From the NCBI RefSeq assembly GCF_032191835.1, contig NC_083233.1, forward strand, positions 53,444,001 through 53,508,000: a DNA stretch of 64,000 bases. Reading direction: 5' to 3'. The notes under the pieces were generated by a model. The model worked only from the letters and a program-made list of their open reading frames with translations, had not been told where the DNA came from and made no database searches. The DNA is from Heteronotia binoei. Taxonomy: Eukaryota. The position numbers and the translations under genes were made by a program. Positions within the stretch are counted from its first letter, which is position 1, and each line of letters starts with the position of its first letter. Below, in pieces: positions 1 through 12,738 of the stretch.

Positions 1-729
1 GATTTATGCGGGGGGGGGGGGAACCGACTACAATATAGTCAGTTATATTCTGATGTCATGTATAATGTGTTAGGGTTTTTTAAATTACAACTTCATGTTA
101 TTAAACCAGTGACATTAAAAAACCCAATAACAACAATAGAGAGAAACCCCCCAAAAATGGCAGACATTGATTCATTCTGTGAGGTTGAGGGAGACACCAC
201 TGGAATGATGGGACCACATCTTGCCACAAGGTCAGGTCTGTAAATAGAGCTGTCCAAAACGTGGCTGTACAAGTTTGATGGACACTCCCCTTAATGTTCA
301 TATGACATCTCTAATGACTAGTAAAACAGATCCAAGTGGGCAGCTGTGTTGGTCTGAAGTAGTTGAACAAAGTAGGAGTCAAGTTGAACCTTTAAGACCA
401 ACCAAGTTTTATTCAGAACGTAAGCTTTCGTGTGTTCTCTAAGCACACTTCAGTAGATGAGGGGATCAGGTATTGTGGGCTTCAGTCACACAGTTCTTCA
501 CAGTGTGACTGAAATTCTGAATAAAACTTTGCTGGTCTTAAAGGTGAAACTTGACTCCTACTTCCTTAATTAACATTTAATTAATTTAATGAATCAAATC
601 CTGAAGTCATCATTTTACTTAATCTTGTAATCTGATAATTAATACAGCCCAGTGTTTGAGATGACACTTAATTGTACTTCATATTAACATTTGCATTGCA
701 ATGTATTGTCCCCATCTACCATGTAAGAG

Positions 730-1594
730 TAGAAGAAGAGATTGGATTTATACCCTGCCCTTCACTTGGGAGTCTCAGAGCAGTGTCATGGGCTGGGGCC
801 GGGTCAGGCAAAGTCCAGGGGCAGTCCAAGGTCTGTAGCCGGTGAGCAAAGAGGGTCCAAGGCGCCAAAACCAAATCACAGTCCAGGTAGCACAGGTCAG
901 AGGTTCAGAAGCCGAAGTCAGGGGGTCCAGAAGTCAAAGCCAAAGTCAGGGGGTCCAGAAGCCAGAGTCAAAAGCCGGAGTGGATGCTAGAACATCAGGT
1001 AAGTGACTAGTTGCTTCCACAAAGCCTCCTCCCAAAGCCCACAGCTATATAGCCCTCTGCTGTCTGTTGCCCATTTGGGCTAATTGCTGGCTCAGAGAGG
1101 CAGCCAGGATCCTGCTGAGACTCAAGCATCCTCACTCCTAGAAGGGCCAGAATCCTTTCAAAACTCAGGGCTCAGGGAGCGTCTTGCTCATGAGCGTGCC
1201 GCCCTCCTCCGATCCCTGAGGTCCTGATGAAGGCGGTCACGCACACGAGCCACCCGAGAGGGCGAGGCAGGGGGGCTTGGATCTTCTCCAGCAGGAGGCA
1301 GGGGCACTGGTGCAGGTGGCAGGGGCACAGTTTCTTCTGCAGGCTCAGCTTCTTCTGCAGGGTCCCCAGTACCCATGACAAGCAGTTTACAATCTCCTTT
1401 CCCTTCCCACTCACCACAACAGACACCCTGTGAGGTAGGTGGGATTGAGAGCTCTGACAGAAGCTACCCTTGAGCAGAACGGCTCTGAGAGAGTTATGAT
1501 TGACCCAAGATCACTCCAGTAGTTGCATGTGGAGTAGTGGGGAATCACACTCAGTTCTCTCAGATAAGAGTCCACACACTTAACCACTACACCA
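730..1594 (-). mobile_element. tRNA-derived SINE split by a solo LTR (pieces 730-783 and 1381-1594)
   Basis: Reverse complement of the SINE family at 13744; head tttggtgtagtggttaag near 1575-1594, tail near 730. Confidence 0.8.
784..1380 (-). mobile_element. Solo LTR (Gypsy-like), 597 bp
   Basis: TGTCATGGG...CCCATGACA termini, 5-bp TSD agcag (779-783 / 1381-1385), TATA-like ctatatag near 1045, internal short tandem repeats at 909-980. Confidence 0.85.
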
Positions 1595-2294
1595 AAAGAG
1601 TAAGAGTCCAGTAGCACCTTAAAGACTATTTAAATTTGTGGGAAGGTATGAGCTTTCAAAGGGTATCTGAAGAAGCAGGTATCTGGAGAAGTGAGCATTT
1701 AGATAGATCAACAAGGCCACACAACTTGATCTGTCCACATGTAAGAGATCTCTTGGGAAACAATGGAATGGAAGATTTGTAGCTGGCACGTTTTCCTTTC
1801 CTCCCCTTTCTTTGACCACCCCCTGGTACTCCTTATTCCATTCCCTCCACTGCCCTACTTTGTCCCCTCCCCAGTTCACTGGAGCCCCATCCTCCACTAA
1901 CCCTGTGTCCTCTCTTTTGATCACCCCCACTAGGATGGTGGAGGTAACGGGTTAGAAGACACAATGGGGGTGGTCAAAAGAGAGGAAAACAGAGATATAG
2001 CAGAGGAGGGTTAGTAGAGGAGCAGGTTCTGGTGAGCTGGGGAGGGGACGGAGTGAGAAAGTCCAGATCATTGAATCTTCGGCACATCCTTCACTGATCT
2101 TTCTGCTTCTGGCGGGTCTGAAGCAATACAAATAAAACAACAATGATAAAAACCCATTAAAAGTCACAATAAAAAACTCCATTTCGGACTGCCAGTCATT
2201 CAAAACTAAACCAGTCAAATGCAGTCTCCAATAAAGCTGTCTTCAGCTGCCTCCTACCCACCTCCTGTTTTGCCATCTCCAGCTTCCTGCCAAC

Positions 2295-2465
2295 CAGGGG
2301 TGGAATTCTAGCAGGAGCTCCTTTGCATATTAGGCCACACACCCTTGATGTAGCCAATCCTCCAAGAGTTTACAAAAAAGAGCCTTGTAAGCTCTTGGAG
2401 GATTGGCTACATCAGGGGTGTGTTGCCAAATATGAAAAGGAGCTCCTGCTAAAATTCCACCCCTG
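2295..2465. mobile_element. Palindromic hAT-type MITE, 171 bp
   Basis: CAGGGGTGGAATT...AATTCCACCCCTG, near-perfect hairpin, 8-bp TSD ctgccaac. Confidence 0.9.
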
Positions 2466-2779
2466 CTGCCAACCATCCTTCTCCCCACCAACTTTAAATT
2501 CACCATTGGCCCTCTTGATGACTTACCATTAGCCCAACAGCAGGCCTTTTTCAAGATGTGAAGAAAGATTCCGTTTGAATTTCTCAATTTACAGCTGTGA
2601 ATCCAACTGCTGAGCCTCAAGCAGTTGTCTCTGTCTCTCTGGGACACTGTGATGCTGGCTTTATGACATCAAAGTAACAGGGACCAGTCTCTGGGCAGCA
2701 TGGCAGATGGTGGAATGGGGGGCAGGAGGACAGGAATTAACTTGTGCTATCTACCCAAGACAAGAAATGATAACAAGAA

Positions 2780-3300
2780 ATGATATAGACAAGAAATGAT
2801 AACTAAGCATAAATGGTTAACATATTGTGACATATTAGATTTTTCTCAAGGAGGTTGTAAGAAATTAAGAAAAGATGTGACAGAAGAATATACTTGCCAA
2901 TTGTTTTTAATGCACAATTAGAAAGGTTTAAAGCAGATAAAAGATTGCATAGTTTTGAACAATCTAAAACTGAATTTGAAACAGTATTATGTACAAATTA
3001 GAACATGCTATTGTAAAATGTATAAACTCTTACTGAGTTGGACTAGAGTACCCTGGAGGTCCCTTCCAATCTATGATTCTATTATTGAAATCTGAGACAG
3101 AGGATGAACAAGTGAAAGAATTTATGATAAAATGGGCCAAAAATGTTGGATAATATATACAAGTGGATGAAGGGTCATAAATTTATGCTAAACTCTATTC
3201 TTAAATAGAATTTTTATAAAATGATGCTTTGATGGTACATGACATCAGAGGAAATAGCAAAAATGTATGAAATATTTTAAATGTATGGAGAGGGGGACAG
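2780..3300 (+). mobile_element. Degenerate L1 ORF2 3' fragment containing a short CR1 3'-end piece (about 3035-3085)
   Basis: A-rich decayed coding pattern typical of squamate L1; ttggactag...gaggtcccttccaatctatgattcta CR1 tail; boundaries approximate. Confidence 0.55.
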
Positions 3301-4097
3301 TCTATTAGGGACAGTGCAGGTATGTGTCATTTTGGGTGGTCCAAGTATTATTTTGAGGTGCAGCCTGGCCCCAGTGTGTCCATCTGTGTGATTGTCCTGG
3401 GGGCACCCCACTTTGGAGCAGCTGGCACAAGAACTGCATTTTGGACCAGGAAACACCTAATGTCCCCACGATGGGGAAAGCCCCCTGAATGTGGGGGTGT
3501 ATGATTTATGATGGTTCAAACCTTACTTTGGGGTTCAGAGTTTTTAAACTCTCCTCAGTGTTTTTTTGACTGAATTCATCAATAAGTCGCAAATAAAGAG
3601 CTGGGAAACAATTTCAACCTGGCCCTCTTGAGATTCAAGTCATTGACATCTCTCTATGCCCAATGGAGGTTTCAGTGTGCCCCTTCTCTTAAAAAGTATT
3701 AAGGTTATTGATGGTGGTTCAAGCTAAGAGTCAAACATGAAATGTTGGTTTGCATTCTGAATGTGCATACCAGCATTTCCAATCAAGTAATATTAACGGC
3801 AGTGTATTATGCCCTTTCCTCCTCATCTCTGAAAACGGCTCGGCAGCTGACAGATTTGATGCACAGAGTTGTGACCCAAATACACCCGTTAAATTTTCAC
3901 TTTAATGTCTCAGTGTTCAAGGAAGAAGATTGTTATAAATAATAAACAAATATAAGTTATAAGCATAAGCTATAAACAAATGAACAATTGTTTTTTGAAG
4001 AACACTACATTTGGTGCCAAAGATTCTAATTCCGGGGAAAAGTTTCCAAATGGATATTAAATTGATTAGAATAGATATTTATAACTCTGAATGCTTT

Positions 4098-4293
4098 TGT
4101 TGCCAGCAGTTTAGACATTAATGGCTGTGTGTTGTGTAATTTTGAGGGGACAGCACATTTACACTGTTATACAAGCTGTAGACTCACTACTTTACATTGT
4201 AGCCAAGTGTCATTTCTTCAGTGTTGTCGCATGAAAAGATATACTTAAATATTTACAAAATGTGAGGGGTGTACTCACTTCTGTGACATACTG
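4098..4293 (+). mobile_element. Tc1/mariner 3' terminal fragment
   Basis: Ends gtgaggggtgtactcacttctgtgacatactg|TA, the Tc1-type TIR (reverse complement of CAGTATNTCACANAAGTGAGTACACCCCTCAC) followed by a TA target. Confidence 0.8.
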
Positions 4294-5491
4294 TATGTAT
4301 CCACTTACTCAACATAATCTGTAATCAATATCATCTAGATGTGTCATACTTGAACATTTAGCTTCTGTAATGGGATTTCAAAAAAATCTAATAGGATACA
4401 TCAAAGGATGAAAAGGAAGTTATGGAGATAACAACCAATGTTTATAAAGAACCCCAAGGAACACACCTGCAAGATGAAGAAACATGAGTTGGTTGGGAAC
4501 AAACCACAAAATAAGATGACCACACTGCAAGACTGAGAAAGGCAAAGTCAGCATCTGGGATGTTAAAAGATGGATTCAGCAAAGGTGGACAGACACGAAC
4601 AAGGGTGTTAAAAGTAAGCAATGAGTGACAGAAAATTGCAGGCAGACTGGTCTCTCCCATATTCTGCTGAGACATCAACCCCTGGAAGAAGGGAGGACTG
4701 AAGGACCACATCAGAGAAAGACCAAGACTGAATCAAATTGAAGAGGTTCATCCACCTGCTCTAAACTGACACGTTGGTGTGCCACGATTCTCCCATGTAA
4801 TCTACATGATGTGGTGGCCTCCCAGAACATGGATGTGTGAGAAGATGAATGAACGAGTGTGTTTCTTATGCTGATTGATTGTTATATCTTCATTTTTAAT
4901 CAATGTTACCTGAATAGTGGAAGGGCCATATGTCACCTGTTTCCTTGCCCATTCTCACCACCTAAAACATCCTGAATTTATTTATCCTGAAGATAAATAT
5001 AATTTTTAATATAACAAGAAAGATATAACTTTCTTTCTTTCTGTGAGATTTTTCCTTTTTCAAAACATAGATGTAGGGAAGAAGAGACTAGCAAGAAGAA
5101 GTTCACCCAGACCTCCAAATTAGCAAGATGGGAGATGGAGTCTTGCAATATAATACTGAATTTCCTGGTTGTCAAATCTGAACACAACAATGACAGCATA
5201 ATATTACAGCAAACAAACATGACCTTAGATTGGTAGAAACACCAAGTCTTTCCAGTAAAATCCAAAAACTGGGAGTAAACAGCTGGAATGTAATCCTGAT
5301 TAATTTCAATGGATGGAGAAACCCACCTGTGTGTAGAGACTTCTCGCAAATTTGCCTCCCGTAAACTGATAGTTATCTATTAACTGAAAGACAGGACTTA
5401 CAAACTTCCTTGTTCCTTCTTTTTCTTACAAACCCATCCCATCCAAACTTCCAGATATGAAAATTTGGTTAAACACGTGTGTACCAGAAAC

Positions 5492-5970
5492 TGTCACAAG
5501 TGTTTAGCCCCTCCTGTAGATCAAGAGGGTGAGTTCAGAGAGGGGCCTTATAAATAGCCTCCTCTTCACCTGTATCTTGCAGGCAGAAAGAAGCTCTTCG
5601 CAACAGCTTGCTCTGTCAAGAAACGAAGGTAAGGCAAATTATGCTAAAGGGCTGTCCGGAGCCCGTCGCCTCCCCTCGCCCCGGCAACAGCCTTCGACTT
5701 AACTGCAAGAAGGGAGAGCTGGGAGTGCCACCAACCGCGAGACCACCTCGATCGCCTGGAAGCCGAACCGGCGAAGTCGGAGGACAGTGGAGGCGGGGAA
5801 GGGGCCGACGTGGGGACCTGCGGCCGAGAAGGATCCCTGGAGGAGCCGGCGAGAGAGTTGGGACTCGGGAGTCCAGCGGGGGTGGTGGGCGGCATGCAGA
5901 AGCACAGAGTGGAGTTGAAGGGCTGCTGCTGGCCTCAATAAGTGGTGGTAGAGATTCAGTTCACCACACA
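5492..5970. mobile_element. LTR-like CpG-rich element
   Basis: TGTCAC...CACACA ends, TATA (tataaata at 5549), CpG-rich body; no TSD found. Confidence 0.4.
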
Positions 5971-6381
5971 TCCCTCTTGCAGGAAGAGAAAGTTAAAAAG
6001 CTGAAATTCTGCTGGTTGCTAGATATACAGCTCTGTTTGAAAAGGTGGTCTGGCACCCCTGTTGCATCTGTCAGCTATTAGGTATTTGCCAGACAACTAG
6101 GAAGCCCAATAATGCCCATCGGGTTTCTCTCACCAGCCCTGTAGTAACAGGAAATCATCACTTGCAAATTCTTTCCTCTAGCCTGCTCAGAGCTGCTTCA
6201 CACTTGTGGTTGCAAAATATGTCCTCAAATGGTTGGGACAAAGTTCTCAAATAGGGAAATCACCGTGCCCCAGTATGCTGCACCTTTTCCCTTTCTTCAC
6301 AGTTATGCCTCCACTTCCCGGTGTTTCCTTAGACCTTTCCTTATCTGCCTGCTGCATGCCTCCACAATTGGTCATCTAGTT

Positions 6382-6747
6382 CAGGGGTGGCCACATGTGG
6401 CTCTTTCACACATATTGTATGGGTCCCAAAGCCCCCACCTCCCCATCAGTAGGCTTGAAGCAGGCATTCCTCTCTTTAAATCACTTCTCTAAGCCAAGTC
6501 AGCCAGTGGCTTGGAGACGGCATTTAAAGTTAAAGTTGCTTTCTTTCCANNNNNNNNNNNNNNNNNNNNNNNNNNNNNNNNNNNNNNNNNNNNNNNNNNN
6601 NNNNNNNNNNNNNNNNNNNNNNNNNNNNNNNNNNNNNNNNNNNNNNNNNNNNNNNNNNNNNNNNNNNNNNNNNNNNNTACAGCTCTCAAACATCTGACAT
6701 TTATTTTATGTGGCTCTTATTACATTAAGCATGTTTGGCCACCCCTA
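6382..6747. mobile_element. hAT-type MITE spanning the N gap
   Basis: caggggtggccac...tggccaccccta termini on either side of the gap. Confidence 0.7.
6550..6677. other. Assembly gap (128 N)
   Basis: Run of n. Confidence 1.
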
Positions 6748-6964
6748 GGCTAGTCTAATGTTTCATCAGGCAGCTAGAACTTTTCACTCAAGCCAAGTGC
6801 ACCCTCACTGCACTTTTGAGTAAGGATGAAATGTTAGCAAGAAGATTTTGCGGTTTCACAGATTGGGGCAATTTGCTTCAGCCTACCTTTCTCAGGGAAG
6901 AGATGTTCAGTGCTGCTATCTAAATTTGTTTCTTTCCATCCAAGAACCAAGGCTTCTCTTGAAC

Positions 6965-7025
6965 ATGATGAGGGGCCTTCATGAGTGCTTATTGCTTCTG
7001 TTGTCCCTGTGTGGAATCACCTCAG
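6965..7025 (+). CDS. Fish-egg lectin-like gene A (FEL-A), coding exon 1 (signal peptide MMRGLHECLLLLLSLCGITS)
   Basis: ATG at 6965, hydrophobic leader, donor CAG|gtaagc; 61 nt, phase 1, in frame with exon 2. Confidence 0.85.
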
Positions 7026-7224
7026 GTAAGCACAAATGTGTCCTTTACACAGAAACAGTCTGGAGCTGTATTTTTTTAATTAGTTTTGTGATGTCAGAAG
7101 TGATGACATGCCTCTAGTGGCCCCCCCCCCCGAAAATGTTCTGCCTTTAGACCTCGGGCATGCAGCATTTAAAAGCCTCAAGGGCAGACTTGCAAACATT
7201 TGCAGAGGGATTAATTTTCACAAC

Positions 7225-7355
7225 CAGGGATTTTTTTGAGCAGGAACACTCAGGAATGCAGTTCTGGCTGGCTTGGTGTCAGGGGGTGTGGCCTAATATA
7301 CAAATAAATTCCTGATGGGCTTTTTCTACCCCCCCCCCCCCAAAAAAAAGCCCTG
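7225..7355. mobile_element. hAT-type MITE in FEL-A intron 1
   Basis: CAGGGATTTTTTT...AAAAAAAGCCCTG, TSD ttcacaac/gtcacaac (7 of 8). Confidence 0.8.
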
Positions 7356-8069
7356 GTCACAACATAGTGCATACAGGGGAAAGTTATTGTACCTTTCTCC
7401 AGTTCACTCCGGAGAAAGGTATAAGGATGCCAGCCTCTGGATGGGATTTGGGGTTCTCCTGGAATTACAGCTCATCTGCAGACTACCAAGATCAGTTGTC
7501 CTGGAAAAAAATGGATGCTTTGGGGGGTGGGCTCTATGGCATTGTGCCTGACTGAAGTCCCTGTTCTCCCCAGGCTCCATCCTCAAATCTCCAGAAGTTT
7601 CCCAACCTGGCAACCCTAAGAAGAGAGAATGTTCAAATGTCAAGGAAAGCTGAACATACTCCCTTGAGAATGAGGAGCCCAAATTCCACGCTCACCTCGC
7701 CCCAGATTTAAAAGCCTGCTTGCAGGAAGGGCAGGATACAAATCTAATAAAATAAATTAATGAATTTATTTTATTAGATGTCATCAAGTCACAGCCAATT
7801 TATGGCAATCCCAGCAAAGGGTTCTTAAGGCAAGTGAGAAGCAGAGGTGGTTTGTCATTGCCTTCCTCTGCAAGGTCTTCTTTGGTGGTCTACTTTCCAA
7901 GTACTAACTAACTAACCAAGTACTAACTGCTCTGAGCTCTGTGAATTCAGGCAAGGGTAGTATATAAATCTAAATTATAAATAAATAAATAAATAAATAA
8001 CCCTGCTTCACTTCTGAGATCTGATGAGATCAGGCAATACCATGTCGCCTTTCCTTCTAAATACTGAGA

Positions 8070-8275
8070 GATAGATGGGTAGCTGTGCTGATCTGAAGTA
8101 GCAGAACTAGGTTCAAGTCCAGTGACACCTTTAAGTCCAACAAAGTTTTATTCAAAGTATAAGCTTTCATGTGCATGTATGGTTCTTCAGATGTAAGTGT
8201 GTGTATACACAAAAACTTATACTTTAAATAAAACCTTTGGTCTTAAAGGTGCCACTGGACTCAAATTTTGTTCTA
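8070..8275. mobile_element. Penelope-like terminal repeat in inverted arrangement; related copies at about 335-565, 1600-1700, 30398-30665, 41620-41820 and 43995-44205
   Basis: gagtccagtNgcacctttaagaccaac...aagctttc paired with its reverse complement, typical of reptile Penelope-like element ends; family assignment from recognition only. Confidence 0.6.
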
Positions 8276-11233
8276 TTGAGACATAGATTCATTAGTGGGG
8301 ATAGAATCTTCATGTGAATACAAATGGAGGCATCTACAAAGAATACAATTTAGAAAGCCTGATTAAAAGCTGAAGAACAACCTGAAAGGCCAAGTAAGGT
8401 TGCCAACCTCCAGTTGGGGCCTGGAGATCCTCCAGAATTACAATGACAGAGTTCATATGACAGAATTCAGTCGTCCTGGCTGCTTTGGAGGTGAATTATA
8501 TGATGTTATACCCAGCTGAGGCCACTATCATCCCCAGGCTCCACCCCCAAGTCTCCAGGAATTTCCCTACCCAGATCTGGCACCCCTAGGCTCACAAGGA
8601 ATTATGGGAAGGAGGACTGACAATCAGGAAGTAGTGCCGAGTTCTCTTGTCTAGTTCCGATTCTCATCAACCTATCATTACAGTGCAGTTCCCCTACAGC
8701 TCTGGCCTTTGTGCAAAAAGAGACTTGTATATCCTAAAACTGAAGCAGCCCAGAGAAGATGTATGTCTGTTTTAATATCTCTCTCTCTACGTAATTAGAG
8801 TTCAGTGAGGGAAACGGAGTCCAGGCAAACATCTCCCTCCCTAATGTAGCACACATATCTCCATTCCAGAGTACTTTCAGCCACAAAGGACCCTGCCTCT
8901 TCATAACTAAAGGAATCTGGGGGGAGTGGATCAATTAATTACAAATGGAAGAAGAGTTTTTCTTCTAACCCACAACCACACACTACAAGTCTGATCCAAA
9001 TAGGATCTCTACATACCTGAACATTAAATTACATCTGGAAACTCCCACTGCACATCTGCTTGATAGAACTTGGAGACAGAATAGTGTATCATATACTTAG
9101 ACCCCTAAATAAATATTTTAGGGGCTGTGGGAGGGCAGGTGGGATAGCCCAGTCTCATCAGATCTCAGAAGCTAAGCAGGGTCGGTACTTGGAAGGGAGA
9201 CCTCCAAGGAAAACTCTACAGAGAAAAGCAATGGCAAACCACCTCTGCTTAATCATTTGTCTTAAAAACCCTATGGGGGTCACCATAAGTCAGCTGTGAC
9301 TTGACGGCACTGTATGCACACACAGTCAAGCCCTGTACTATAGAATAAAGTAAGAGTCCAGTAGCACCTTTAAGACCAACAATGTTCAAGAAGCAACTGA
9401 AAACTACCGTGTTTCCACAAGGATTCTGTTCTTCCTTGACTTCCTTTCAACAGCATTGTTTTCAGTAGCAGTTACATCATGTCATCCTCTATTTATCCTT
9501 TCTATGTTTTGTTTGGTGTGATCTTTCCCAATCTTGGTCAAAGATAATCATTTTCAACTATCATAGTTAAAGCTGCTTTGGATTATGTGTGGATGGGAAG
9601 ATGCACATTTTTTTCCGGTCCAGCCCTCACTGACACTATTTTGTTTACCCCAAGTGCTTGCAATGGCCATTTCCTTCCTCCACTAGAGGACTTTCTGGGG
9701 CTTTTAAAAATATTAGTAATGGCTATATCACTATGATGTCATAACAACATAATGTCTAGTATAACAATAAACTAGTTCCTATCTTTTTTTAAAAAAATAT
9801 AAGTATCTAGCCTTTTTAGCTGCTTGGTTATAAGGGGACAGATCCTGGCTGCACATTTTGTCCTATAATTGTTCAATGGAAAGTGCTAGACACTTTTATG
9901 CAATGAAAGCTGGGGTCTAGTAGACTGCTACAACAAAATGTTATGCTATAGTATTATAGCTGATGCTTTTTACAAGCTTCAAAATAGCCCTCCAGTTGTA
10001 GGGTGGAAAATGGCAGCCACCAAGGCTGAGACAAGGAAAGTGAGGATGAAACTTACATGTGGATGTTCCATTGCTACCGTGAGTGCCTTTGCATCTTCAG
10101 GAGCAACAATATAGAGATGTTGTCTCTGTGTGGAAGCAGCCCTGCATAACAATTTAAAAACTAATGTTCATTGGCCACTATCCTTTTGATCTCAGAACTT
10201 GTTTCGTTATCATGATTAATTTCATTTAGCGATGTGCCATGATCAATACAAAGCTTATCTCATCTTGAGCTTTCTAAGCAGCCTCTGAGGTTAAACGATC
10301 AAAAGGTGGGGTATAAAATGTCAAAAAAGGTAAGAAAGGTATACCCCAGCTTTCTTCAACCATGCCACTCAATGTAACTCACAAAGGATTCCTGAGTGGT
10401 TTCCCACCCAAGTGCTGATCAGACCTAAATCTGCTTAGTTTCAGCTAAGCTTCTCTATTATGTACCTTCCACCCATACTCTAAAACGTATTTACTTCATT
10501 TAAACCTCTCCTCTGCAATGGGGACCCAAAACAACTTGCACTGTTACCCTTTCCTCCCTTTTATGATCACAACAACCATGGAGACTGAGAGTGTGTAACT
10601 GGCCCAAGGTCACCTAACGAGCTTCCATGATACCATGAGGGATTTGAACCCAGGTCTCCAAGAATCTAATCTGACACTCTGACCTCGGGATCTCTAACCT
10701 TACTGAGCCTGTGGGCATATTTGGAATTCTGAGACAGTGTGGTGGGCACAGCACAAAATGGCTGTCATGGGATGTGGATCCAGCCATAAAATGGCAGCTG
10801 CATCTTGCTTTCAGTCATACAGTGAAAATTCTTCTGCAGTGGTGGAAACTGCTGACAAAGTAATTTTTAAAAAATCTGCACAGTCAGTCAACTCTCCGAT
10901 GACTAATCAGAAGTCTTGCTGGACAAAACCCCCACCTAGCTCAACCCACTACCTGAAAACACTTGGGCACCAGGAAAGGTGTCAATGGGCACCATGACAC
11001 TCATGGGCACCACACTGGGAACCCTAACCATTTCAACAGACAATGAAGAAAAATGCAAGGAATATATAGGCCAAGACTGAGCGTACTCTAAGCAGCCAGC
11101 TGTGGTGCCCCTTTGGAATGGTGGCCTCCATATCCTTGCATCCACTCAGTTCTTTACCTCATTTCTGGAGTTTCCCTATTTGCTCATAAATCCATGCTTA
11201 TGATATTTTTCCTTCCATTCTCTCCCACCCCAG

Positions 11234-11461
11234 CTCTGCAGTGTACTGTAGTTCCAGGAGCTCTTACACAGATTGATGTCAGCAATGGACAAGTCTTTGG
11301 TGTGAACAGAGCAGGCAATATTTATACCTTGTATGGAACCACATGGACCCAGTTACCAGGGGCACTGACCCATGTCACAGTCGGTCTTGATGGCATTTGG
11401 GGTGTGAACTCAGTTAACTCCATCTATAGACTTGTGGGTGGCAACTGGAAGCAGGTTACAG
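11234..11461 (+). CDS. FEL-A exon 2 (ALQCTVVPGALTQIDVSNGQVFGVN...WKQVTG)
   Basis: cccag| acceptor, |gtattt donor, 228 nt phase 1-1; tectonin repeats (W-x-x-x-x-G-x-L-x-x-V...GVN) resembling carp fish-egg lectin. Confidence 0.95.
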
Positions 11462-12398
11462 GTATTTTAAGTCAACTCACTTTGTGGGGGTGTGAAAGGA
11501 GAATAAATAAACAGAGATATGGATATTGAAGACAGAATGTGTTTAAAACCCAAATTATATTTTCATAATGTAAGTACAGCCATCTGTATAAGTCATGCAC
11601 TGATCTCTGCTTCTGTGATAGTGAGAAATTACTTCAGAAGAACCAAAAATCCATATTTTCCTAATGAGAAAAATATATGCATGTGGGGAGAAATGGCAAA
11701 CTGGAAGAGAAATATACGACTTTCCCTGTGTTTATAATGCACTGAAAATGTTCTTCCATTATTTCTACACAATATTATTCTGTCATATGGGCTCTTGACC
11801 TGGAAGTATGCCTGGCTGAAGGGAAAAAAATACAAGAGTATTTTCTGGTTGTACAATATGCCAGTTAGTTAGTTTCTAACCCCCACTCCATCCCATGTTG
11901 ATGAAATTAGTCTATATGATTGGTTGGACACACTTATACACCAGGTTTATATTACAAGGGGATAAAATAGGGTATGTCAACCTAAACATACCCATGATTG
12001 TAATCCCTAGCTGATTTCTTCTGACATATTTTAAAATTTGATTATATCTTCATTAGAGAATTGAACAGGCAAATATTCAGTGTGCCAGAATTCAATTTCA
12101 ACCTGAAATTTCCTTGAGCCCCAAAATGAGGTGAAAGACCACATATGAATTTGGTAAATAAATCTGCATACATCAATCATCAAATACTGTGCTACACTGA
12201 AAACAATACAGGATGTTAAAGATATACTTCAATATTCAACAAACCCTCAAGCAGTCAGAGGCTTATCTGGAATACAGTCAATTATCAAACTTTATATATG
12301 GGGACAAATATATGTTGGGAGCAAACTTAATTCAGTTCTGTTCCACTAGGCTTCAAGTCTCATGTCCAGTAGACCTAGATCTTTCTGTTACTTTTCAG

Positions 12399-12738
12399 GT
12401 TTGCTGAAACAAATTGATGCAGGAGGAAGCCAGTTTATAGTTGGAGTCAACATGAATGATGACATCTATTGCCTGCCCAAGTCAGCAGCCATTGCTGCTG
12501 ATGGCAACTCAGAACTGCCTTGGGTCCACATTGAAGGAAAGCTCAAATACTACTCCTGTGGGCCACTGGGTTGCTGGGGAGTTAACTCAGCTGACGCCAT
12601 CTTCTTCCGGCATGATGTCACCCCAGATTCCTGTGCCGGATCCAGGTGGCAGAATGTGCCTGGCGGGCTTTCCATGATTGAGGTTGGGACAGAAGGAGAT
12701 GTGTATGGAGCAAACAGCGCTGGACAGATTTATCGGAG
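12399..12738 (+). CDS. FEL-A exon 3 (GLLKQIDAGGSQFIVGVNMNDDIYC...EGKLKYYSCGPLGCWGVN...GQIYR)
   Basis: ttttcag| acceptor, |gtacag donor, 340 nt phase 1-2; motifs LLKQ(I/V)DAGG, GVNMxDDIYCL, GKLKYYSCGP and LSMIEV match fish-egg lectin. Confidence 0.97.

Noticed and set aside
5608-6081. 157-aa and overlapping ORFs in a GC-rich stretch
   Set aside because: Low-complexity Gly/Arg/Pro translation, no recognisable domain, non-ATG start; expected by chance in GC-rich DNA.
6550-6677. N gap just upstream of FEL-A might hide an exon or promoter element
   Set aside because: Both flanks belong to one hAT-type MITE (6382-6747), so the gap is most likely repeat interior.
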